DNA of 64,000 nt from positions 286-64,285 of the forward strand of contig VBKJ01000135.1 of NCBI GenBank assembly GCA_005879795.1. The letters run 5' to 3'. The notes below the pieces were generated by a model that saw only the letters and a program-made list of their open reading frames with translations, was not told the origin of the DNA and did not search any database. Made by a program: the position numbers and the translations under genes. This DNA comes from Deltaproteobacteria bacterium. Lineage in GTDB: Bacteria > Desulfobacterota > Binatia > DP-6. Positions within the stretch are counted from its first letter, which is position 1. Each line of letters begins with the position of its first letter. This document shows, piece after piece, positions 32,655 through 40,172 of the stretch.

Positions 32655-34553
32655 ATGTCGACCCGCGCCGTTCACGTCGTCTCGCGCGAGGTGCCGCCCG
32701 AGTTCCAGCTCCGCATGGCGGTGGCGGTCGGCGTCGTGTTCGTCGCCTTCGCGCTGGTCGGGCTTCGCCTGTGGTACCTCCAGGTCGAGCGCGGCACGCA
32801 GATGCGCGTGTTCGCGGACCAGAACCGCATCCGGCTGGTGCGGGTGCCGGCGGCGCGGGGCGTGGTGTACGACCGCCACGGGGAGATCCTGGTCGACAAC
32901 CGCCCGTCGTTCGACGTCGTCTTCGTCCCCGAGGACGCCCGCGAGCGCCGCCGCCAGGTGTTGAAGACCCTCGCGGGGTACCTGGGCGACGAGGAGACCG
33001 CGCTCCACCAGGCGATGCGCGCGCCCGGAAAGGAGCGCGAGCGCTTCCAGGGCGTCGTGCTGCGGCGCGACGTCGACTGGCAGGGGGTGGTGGCGCTCGA
33101 GACGCACCAGCTCGACCTGCCCGGCGTCTCGCTGCAGGTGGCGCCGAAGCGCTACTATCCGTTCGGGCCGCTGGCCGCGCACCTCCTCGGTTACGTCGGC
33201 GAGGTGAGCAAGGGCGAGCTGGCAGGGGGCGACGGCGACGGTTACGTCCCCGGCGACCTGGTCGGCAAGGCTGGCCTCGAGAAGGCCTTCGATGCGGATC
33301 TGCGCGGCAAAGCCGGGGGGCAGCAGGTGGAGGTGGACGCGCTCGGGCGCCGCGTCCGCGTGCTCGAGGAGGTCTCGGACCTGCCCGGCGGCACGCTCAC
33401 GCTGACCCTCGACCGCGATCTGCAGGAAGCCGCCGACCGTGCCCTGGGCGAGGCCGACGGCGCGATCGTCGCGCTCGATCCACGCACCGGCGAGCTGCTC
33501 GCGATGGTCTCGCACCCGTCCTTCGACCCCAACGTGTTCGCGCGCGGCATCCGCGGTGCGGAATGGCACGCGCTGGTCGAGGACAGGAAGCACCCGCTCA
33601 ACAACCGCGCCGTCCAGGGGGTGTTCCCGCCCGGCTCGACCTTCAAGGTCGCGGTCGCGGCCGGCGCGCTCGAGGAGGGCGCGGTGACCCCCTTCACCGG
33701 CGTGACGTGCACGGGCGGCATCCCGTTCGGCCACCATTTCTTCCACTGCTGGAAGAAGGGGGGGCACGGCGCCGTGAACCTGCACAAGGCCATCGTCGAG
33801 TCGTGCGACGTGTTCTTCTACCAGGCGGGGCGCCGGCTCGGCGTCGACGGGATCGCGGAGTACGCGCATCGCCTCGGGCTCGGCCTCCCCACTGGCATCG
33901 CCCTCCCGCACGAGCAGAGCGGGACGATCCCCGACACGGCGTGGAAGCGGCGGCGCTTCGACCAGCCCTGGTTCGAGGGCGAGACGCTCTCGGTGGCGAT
34001 CGGCCAGGGCTACGTGACCGTCACGCCGCTCCAGATGGCGAACCTGGCGGCGACCATCGCCAACGGCGGCACCCGCCGCCGGCCCTTCTACGTGAAGCGC
34101 GCTGTCGGCGCGGAGGGGAGGGTGCTCGAGGTCGAGCCCGAGGTGCTCGGCGAGGCGCATCTCAAGAAGAGCACGCTCGCGCAGGTGCGCGAGGGGATGC
34201 GCGACGTGGTGATGACCGAGGGCGGCACGGGCAAGAAGGCGCGCGTGCCCGGCGTCGTGGTGGCGGGGAAGACCGGCACCTCGCAGGTGGTGAAGATGGG
34301 CGAGGACCGCGCGCGCGCGAACCGCGGCGCCGAGGTGATGCGCGACCACGCCTGGTTCATCGCCTACGCGCCCCTCGACGCGCCGGAGATCGCCATCGCC
34401 TGCATCATCGAGCACGCGGGCGGCGGGGGCGGCGCCTTCGCCGCGCCCGTCGTGCAGCAGGTGCTGGCCCACTACTTCGACCGCAACCAGGGGCCCATGC
34501 CTCCGACCCAGCAAGCCAATGCGGTTCGACCGCCGACTGATCACGCACTTTGA
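32655..34553 (+). CDS. mrdA: Penicillin-binding protein 2
   Basis: RGVVYDR, GKAGLE, PPGSTFK (SxxK), SCD, KTGT. Start refined to 32655. Confidence 0.95.
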   Translation: MSTRAVHVVSREVPPEFQLRMAVAVGVVFVAFALVGLRLWYLQVERGTQMRVFADQNRIRLVRVPAARGVVYDRHGEILVDNRPSFDVVFVPEDARERRRQVLKTLAGYLGDEETALHQAMRAPGKERERFQGVVLRRDVDWQGVVALETHQLDLPGVSLQVAPKRYYPFGPLAAHLLGYVGEVSKGELAGGDGDGYVPGDLVGKAGLEKAFDADLRGKAGGQQVEVDALGRRVRVLEEVSDLPGGTLTLTLDRDLQEAADRALGEADGAIVALDPRTGELLAMVSHPSFDPNVFARGIRGAEWHALVEDRKHPLNNRAVQGVFPPGSTFKVAVAAGALEEGAVTPFTGVTCTGGIPFGHHFFHCWKKGGHGAVNLHKAIVESCDVFFYQAGRRLGVDGIAEYAHRLGLGLPTGIALPHEQSGTIPDTAWKRRRFDQPWFEGETLSVAIGQGYVTVTPLQMANLAATIANGGTRRRPFYVKRAVGAEGRVLEVEPEVLGEAHLKKSTLAQVREGMRDVVMTEGGTGKKARVPGVVVAGKTGTSQVVKMGEDRARANRGAEVMRDHAWFIAYAPLDAPEIAIACIIEHAGGGGGAFAAPVVQQVLAHYFDRNQGPMPPTQQANAVRPPTDHAL

Positions 34554-35619
34554 GTGGCTGCTGCCGCTCCTCGCGCTCGCGGTGAGCGGCCTCGGCGCCA
34601 TGACGGTCTACAGCGCGACCCACGCGCCGGGGACGAGGGGGCTCTCGCCGCTCGCCCTGCGCCAGCTCCTCTGGCTCGCGGCCGGCTGCCTCGCGATGCT
34701 CGCCGCGCTCGTCTTCGACTATCACCGTCTCGAGCGCAGCGCCTTCGTCATCTACCTGCTCGTGCTGCTCGCCGTGCTCGCCGTACCGGCGTTCGGCCGC
34801 ATGGGCGGCGGCTCGCGGCGCTGGATCCCGCTCGGTCCGGTGTCGATCCAGCCCTCGGAGTTCATGAAGCTCGGGCTCGTGCTGGTGCTGGCGCGGCACT
34901 TCGCGCGCACGTACGAGCGCGGCCTCGGGCTGCGCGCGGCCATCGTGCCGATGCTCGCGACCGCCGTGCCGGCGGCGGCGATCCTCGCGCAGCCCGACCT
35001 GGGCACGGTCGCCATCCTGGGCATCGTGTCGCTCACCATGCTGATGCTGGGCGGCATCCGTCTGCGCTGGTTCGTCCTGCTCGGCGTGGTGGTCGCGGTC
35101 GCGGCGCCGCTCGGGTGGCCGCACCTGAAGGTCTATCAGCAGAAGCGAATCCTCACCTTCCTGCATCCCGAGATGGATCCGCTCGGCGCCGGCTATCACG
35201 TCCTGCAGTCGAAGATCGCGGTCGGCTCGGGGATGACGTGGGGCAAGGGGTTCCTGCGCGGCACGCAGAACCATCTCAACTTCCTCCCCGAGCAGCACAC
35301 GGACTTCATCTTCTCGGTGTTCGCGGAGGAGTGGGGCTTCGTCGGCGCGCTCGTGCTGATCGCGCTCTACGTCGCGCTCGTGCTGCGCGGGATCGTGATC
35401 GCCACCCGCGCGCGCGACCGCTTCGGCGTTCTCCTGGTCCTCGGTCTCACCGCCACCGTCTTCTGGCAGGCGGTCATCAACGTGGGCATGACCACCGGCC
35501 TCCTCCCCGTCGTCGGCATCCCCCTCCCGTTCTTCAGCTACGGCGGCTCCTCCCTCCTCTGCCTCCTCGTCGGCGTCGGCCTCACCATGAACGTCTCGAT
35601 GCGCCGCTACTTCTTCTGA
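34519..35619 (+). CDS. rodA: SEDS peptidoglycan polymerase RodA
   Basis: RRWIPLG, IQPSEF, QPDLGT, PEQHTDFIF, PFFSYGGS. Confidence 0.95.
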   Translation: MRFDRRLITHFEWLLPLLALAVSGLGAMTVYSATHAPGTRGLSPLALRQLLWLAAGCLAMLAALVFDYHRLERSAFVIYLLVLLAVLAVPAFGRMGGGSRRWIPLGPVSIQPSEFMKLGLVLVLARHFARTYERGLGLRAAIVPMLATAVPAAAILAQPDLGTVAILGIVSLTMLMLGGIRLRWFVLLGVVVAVAAPLGWPHLKVYQQKRILTFLHPEMDPLGAGYHVLQSKIAVGSGMTWGKGFLRGTQNHLNFLPEQHTDFIFSVFAEEWGFVGALVLIALYVALVLRGIVIATRARDRFGVLLVLGLTATVFWQAVINVGMTTGLLPVVGIPLPFFSYGGSSLLCLLVGVGLTMNVSMRRYFF

Positions 35620-35688
35620 GGGGAGAGGGGTGGGGCGAGCGCGCAGCGCGGGCGGCCCCGCCGCTCGCGCCACCGGCGCACGCCCGCG

Positions 35689-36015
35689 CTACGCCACGAC
35701 CGAGCTGATCGCCTTGACGAGCTGCGCCTTCGGGACGGCGCCGACGATCTGCTCCTTCACCTGCCCGCTGTGGAAGACGATCAGGTTCGGGATGCCCCGC
35801 ACGCCGTAGCGCGCCGGCGTCTTCGGGTTGTCGTCGACGTTCATCTTCATGACCTTCAGCTTCCCGGCGTACTCGCGCGCGATCTCCTCGACCACGGGCG
35901 CGATGGCGCGGCAGGGCGCGCACCAGGGAGCCCAGAAATCGATGAGCACGGGCGTGGGGCTCGCGAGCACTTCGCGATCGAACGAGTCGTCAGCAACCGG
36001 TAGCACGTCGGCCAT
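35689..36015 (-). CDS. trxA: Thioredoxin
   Basis: DFWAPWCAPC, GVRGIP. Confidence 0.95.
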   Translation of the reverse strand: MADVLPVADDSFDREVLASPTPVLIDFWAPWCAPCRAIAPVVEEIAREYAGKLKVMKMNVDDNPKTPARYGVRGIPNLIVFHSGQVKEQIVGAVPKAQLVKAISSVVA

Positions 36016-36070
36016 TCGTCCTCCTTACCAGCGCGCACGATAGCAAACGGGTCGGGGTGACGGAAGGACG

Positions 36071-36646
36071 TCAGCCGGTCTGGTGATGGAAGGGACCGAA
36101 GCGCACGACGCTCGTCTTGCCGGCCTTCACCTCGACCCGCCGCTCGACCGTGTCGAAGCCGCGCGCGCGCACCGCGAGCGTGTGCTCGCCGTACGGGACC
36201 GCGAGCCAGCGCCGGTCGAGGTTCTCGGCCGTCAGCCAGAAGCGCCCGTCGAGATCCACCGCGGCGCCGTCGGGCACGCCCTGGAGCTGCACGAGGCCGT
36301 AGCTGCCGCGCTCGGTCTCCTCGCGCGACGGCGGCGCGCTCTCCGCGCGCGCCTCGCCTTCCGCTTCCGGGGGCGGCTCGCTCCAGCCCTCGACGTCCGG
36401 CGGGGGGTACACCGGATAGGGCAGGTAGTAGGGGTAGTCGTACGGGAAGAAGAACGGGTCGAAGAAGAAGCCGCCGTCGATGAAGACGCGGGAGCCGGGG
36501 TGCGAGTGGAAGAACGGGCGGTGTCCGACGAAGGGCCCATGATGGAAAGACGGCCCATGATGGAAAGACCCCCGCGCGTGCGCGTCCGTGCTCCCGGCGA
36601 GGCCGAGCGCGAGGCCGAGCGCGGCGACGGCCAGCGGGCGCTTCAC
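36071..36646 (-). CDS. Secreted protein with His/Phe/Tyr/Pro-rich N-terminus and PEGA-like C-terminal domain
   Basis: Signal peptide ending AHA, SFHHGP tandem repeat, C-terminal PDGAAVDLDG...GEHTLAVRARGF. Confidence 0.7.
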   Translation of the reverse strand: MKRPLAVAALGLALGLAGSTDAHARGSFHHGPSFHHGPFVGHRPFFHSHPGSRVFIDGGFFFDPFFFPYDYPYYLPYPVYPPPDVEGWSEPPPEAEGEARAESAPPSREETERGSYGLVQLQGVPDGAAVDLDGRFWLTAENLDRRWLAVPYGEHTLAVRARGFDTVERRVEVKAGKTSVVRFGPFHHQTG

Positions 36647-37029
36647 CGCCGCTCCTCGCCTCCCCGCGGCGGTGGGGGCGGCGCCTCGACGCCGCCCTTG
36701 GCGCCGTAGCTGACCGTGCGGCTGAACACTTCGAGCGGCGCCACGAGGATGTAGTAGACGCCGTATCGTACCACCAGCCCCGCCGCGTAGAAGGGCGCGT
36801 AGATCACGCGCATGACCGGCGAGAGGGGCGGGGGCGGCGCGACCCGCGGCGGAGGAGGGTAATAGTAGCGCGGCGGGGGAGGAACGGGCCGGGCGACCGG
36901 CGGAGGTGGCGGCGGATAGGGCGGCGCGGGCTCCGGGTCGGCGGCCAGCAGGCCGCTCGGCACGACGAGCAGCAGGGCGAGCGCGCCGGCCACGCTGCGA
37001 CGCCTGAGCGATGCCTGGGCGCCCGTCAT
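36643..37029 (-). CDS. Small secreted proline-rich hypothetical protein
   Basis: Signal-like N-terminus, poly-Pro with YYYP, conserved-looking IYAPFYAAGL..PLEVFSRT helix; 4-nt overlap with the next gene. Confidence 0.6.
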   Translation of the reverse strand: MTGAQASLRRRSVAGALALLLVVPSGLLAADPEPAPPYPPPPPPVARPVPPPPRYYYPPPPRVAPPPPLSPVMRVIYAPFYAAGLVVRYGVYYILVAPLEVFSRTVSYGAKGGVEAPPPPPRGGEERR

Positions 37030-37030
37030 G

Positions 37031-37276
37031 TCACCTGAGGTGCGGCGGCACCCACACCCGGTAGGGCCGTCCCCACGGGTCGTAGCGCCATTCCCACTGG
37101 CCGGGCACCCATCCCGGCGGGGGGACCTCGTAGGCGGGGTACGGTACCGCGTACGGATAGTAGTAGGGATAGGGGTAGGCCGGGAAGCCGACGGCGCCGC
37201 CGACGAAGACATGGACACGGGCGCTGGCCGGCCGTGCGGAGCCCAGGAGGAGCACGCCCAGCAGGGCGGCCGCCAT
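37031..37276 (-). CDS. Small secreted Tyr/Pro/Trp-rich protein (YXWGXW-like)
   Basis: Signal peptide ending ASA, YPYPYYYPY, PPGWVPGQWEW...VWVPPH. Confidence 0.65.
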   Translation of the reverse strand: MAAALLGVLLLGSARPASARVHVFVGGAVGFPAYPYPYYYPYAVPYPAYEVPPPGWVPGQWEWRYDPWGRPYRVWVPPHLR

Positions 37277-37359
37277 CACGCCCGCGCGCCGCCAGCAGTT
37301 CCTCCCGGCTGTCACGCGCGGCCGCAACACGCGGGCGGCATCGGAGTTACGCGGGCGGC

Positions 37360-37385
37360 CTGCCGAGGAGGGGAGTCGAACCCCT
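37360..37385 (-). repeat. 26 bp duplicate of the tRNA-Leu 3' end (att site)
   Basis: CTGCCGAGGAGGGGAGTCGAACCCCT, identical to 43685..43710. Confidence 0.92.
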
Positions 37386-37666
37386 CGAGAGTGAATTCCG
37401 TCAGGGCAACCGTCAGGAAGGGGCGTCATCGGGCACGAATTGTGCCCACCGGGCACAATTTGCAAGACGCCGGGGGGAGAGGGGAACACCCTTGTGTACG
37501 AGTCGCGCGACGCCCTTCGCGCGCCACACGCTCGGCGCCGGATGAGCGGCCTCGAGGCCGGCGACCCAAGCGCGGGGGCACGGGGGATGCCGAGCTCCTC
37601 GGAGGACGCACGCCTCGGTCGCCCGCGCCGTGCCGGACTCGGGGGACTCCCGCCCGCCGTGCCGGC

Positions 37667-37849
37667 CTACTGCTCGAGCTCGTCCCGGAACGCGCCGCTC
37701 GGCGAGCACTCGGGACGCGTGAGGTCGACGGACGCGGCCGGGAGCGTCGGCGGCGTCGGGAAGCTCACCTTCTTGAACTTGAACAGGCGGAGCAGCGGGT
37801 CGGCGTTCGCGTCGCGCTTGGTGAGCGCGGGCAGATCGAAGCGCGTCTC
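37667..37849 (-). pseudogene. 3' remnant of a phosphoesterase/phospholipase C family gene
   Basis: ETRFDLPALTKRDANADPLLRLF resembles the family's C-terminal motif; the rest of the gene is absent. Confidence 0.55.
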
Positions 37850-37950
37850 GCGAGCGCGATGGCGAGCAGGGCGATGTTGCGCATGAGCACGCTTACCACG
37901 GCTCGCTACGCGCCCGTCAAACATATCTTCAGACGGTATCGAGCCCGGCC

Positions 37951-39447
37951 TCACTCCCCGATGTGCGAGGCGGCGGCCCAGTCCTTCATGAGCTTCACGT
38001 CGGGCCTGAGGAGGAAACCGGTCCTGATCGCCCGCCTGGCCGCCTTGTCGTACGCGACGACGAAGGCGCGGTGGTTCGGGTAGAGCGACGCCAGAGTCGT
38101 CGCGTCGAAGGGCGTGGTGGTGCCGAACAGCCGGCAGAAGAGCGAGCCGCTCTGCTCGCCGGTGAACGTGGCGATCGGCACGTCGACCTGCGGCGTGCGG
38201 ATGCCGCCGCGGGCGTTGCCGTGGCTGTCGCGCATGATCGCGACGGGCGGGCCGGCCGCGACGGCCAACCGCGGCGCCGAGCGGGGCGGCCGCCCGGTCC
38301 GCACCCAGCGGTTCAAGGCCGCGAAGGCGGCATTCACGACGAAATGATGCGGTCCGGAGTTGATCGGGCTGCCGCACATGATGAGGCCGGGGATGGGCGA
38401 CGCGGTGATCAGGAGATCGACGATGCCGGGCGAGTTGCCGAGATCCCCCGGGCCCGTGACGAGCGTGTACGTGTCCGCGTGCGCCGTCCCGGCCACTTCC
38501 CAGAGGCGAAAGTGCCGGCTGTCGTCCTGCCGAGCCGAGAAGTATGCGAGGAACGTCAGGTCCGTCTCCGTCTCGAGCGCGAGCACCGGCACGTCGACGT
38601 CGCTCCGGATCGCCGCCGCGCCCGGCGCCGGGATCGCCGGCTGCGGCGCCTCGGACAGCGGAGTGCCGAAGGCCCCACGGCTGTGCACCAGGTAGCCGTC
38701 GTAGACGTGCGCGATCGGATGAATCGCGTCGATGTAGTCGACCAGCCGGAAGGCCGACTGCGAATCGCCGGAGGCGATCAGTCTCTTCACCTTGAGCCCG
38801 CCGAGGGGGCTCGGGCCCGCCGGCTGTCGGATCGCCTGCCCCGCCTGCGAGAAGATGTCGTACGAGAAGCTGTCTCCCGGGTGGTTCAGCGAGCCGTACC
38901 GCGCCGGATTCACCGCCTTGAGCGGCAGGCTCACGACGCCGACCAGGGCGGTACCGCCTTCTACGCCGACGCGCTGCGCGGAGACGCCCATCCACGCGAA
39001 GCCGTCACGGATGAGCTCGGTGTGGGCCGTCGTCCAGTCGACCGCGGTGTCGAGACCGCCGCTCACGTTGAGCCACTCGACGACGACCGTGCCGTTGAAC
39101 TTCTTCGGGCTCGTCGGCCGGTAGACGAGGATGCGCGTCTTGTAGGGCGTCATCTCGCCGGGCGCCACCGTCCACTTGCCGTCGGTGCCGAGCGGCCCGA
39201 CGTTCGTGTAGGCGCTCGCCGTGCCGGATATGAAGAACTCTTCCGCCATGTGTCCGACCTGGGAGAGGTCGAACCCCGTCCCGAAGACGAACGGGACCCC
39301 GGGGCCGGTGATCGGCCCTTCGATCGTCGGGCTCGGCACCGCCGCCGACGCGCGCGGTATGACTGCCGAGCAGTGGAGCAGGGCGGTGAGCGCCAGAACG
39401 ACCACGCCGAGCCGGGTTCGATTCACGTGAGCGGACGTGCGCGACAT
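37951..39447 (-). CDS. Secreted alpha/beta-hydrolase-domain protein
   Basis: Signal peptide, FNGTVVVEWLNVSGG, GDSQSA, WEVAGTAHAD, GGIRTP. Own ATG at 39447 but in frame with the upstream PadR remnant. Confidence 0.8.
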   Translation of the reverse strand: MSRTSAHVNRTRLGVVVLALTALLHCSAVIPRASAAVPSPTIEGPITGPGVPFVFGTGFDLSQVGHMAEEFFISGTASAYTNVGPLGTDGKWTVAPGEMTPYKTRILVYRPTSPKKFNGTVVVEWLNVSGGLDTAVDWTTAHTELIRDGFAWMGVSAQRVGVEGGTALVGVVSLPLKAVNPARYGSLNHPGDSFSYDIFSQAGQAIRQPAGPSPLGGLKVKRLIASGDSQSAFRLVDYIDAIHPIAHVYDGYLVHSRGAFGTPLSEAPQPAIPAPGAAAIRSDVDVPVLALETETDLTFLAYFSARQDDSRHFRLWEVAGTAHADTYTLVTGPGDLGNSPGIVDLLITASPIPGLIMCGSPINSGPHHFVVNAAFAALNRWVRTGRPPRSAPRLAVAAGPPVAIMRDSHGNARGGIRTPQVDVPIATFTGEQSGSLFCRLFGTTTPFDATTLASLYPNHRAFVVAYDKAARRAIRTGFLLRPDVKLMKDWAAASHIGE

Positions 39448-39519
39448 CGACGATCCTCCTCGGTCGTTCTCGATGGTGCTTTCGACGGGGCCCTCTCGCC
39501 GTGAGTACGACGGGTTGGC

Positions 39520-39705
39520 CGCTGCGGAGACGAAGCCCTTCGCTTCGAGTCGGTCGAGTGTCGCGTAGATCGCACCGAAGGAGTAGTCGCGCCGCGTGCG
39601 GTCCTTGATGGCGCGGTGGATCGTGACGCCGTAGGCGTCGCCGTGGGTCTGGAGAACCGCGGCGAGAACGATCTGCTCGAAGCCGCTCAGATAGTCGCGT
39701 GCCAT
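39520..39705 (-). pseudogene. Truncated PadR-family regulator, fused in frame to the hydrolase
   Basis: MARDYLSGFEQIVLAAV...AYGVTIHRAI...GAIYATLDRLEAKGFVS; the C-terminal wing is missing and there is no stop. 3' boundary approximate. Confidence 0.75.
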
Positions 39706-40172
39706 GAGCAATCTCTGCACTGTAGGGAAAGAGAGATCAAGGCGGTTCGGCAGGGTCGGGTAGGTCAGGGGGGTAGCTCGAGGGGCTGCTCCCTCGCGCT
39801 GGGCGCCAGCCGGGATGCGTCTCATCCGGCTGGCAGCCAGGCCAGTGCTGGTCGCCACCGCCCGCGCCGAGCCGCGGGTTTACCGCAGCCCCGACCGCGG
39901 CGTTCCGCCGGGCGCTCTCGGCCGCGGCCCGTCATCGCGTGCAAATCGGACCGAGGCCAGAAGACTTCGAGAGCGCGGTTCGCGAGGCGCTGCCCCTCGC
40001 GCACAGCCCGGCGGCGCGCCACCTGCCGGGCTTCCTGCCGGCACGGCGGGACTGAGCGAGCCCGCTTTGTGCGGTGTCCGGAATGTGCAGGGAACGGCCC
40101 GGCATGAGCCGCGGTCGAGCCGGCCCCGTTCGAAGCCCGACCCCCCGCGGTCTCGGAAGCGCCGTCGGCCGC

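Noticed and set aside
39805-39834. Hairpin GCCAGCCGGGATG/CATCCGGCTGGC as a terminator
   Set aside because: No U-tract and about 340 bp from the nearest upstream stop; function unsupported.
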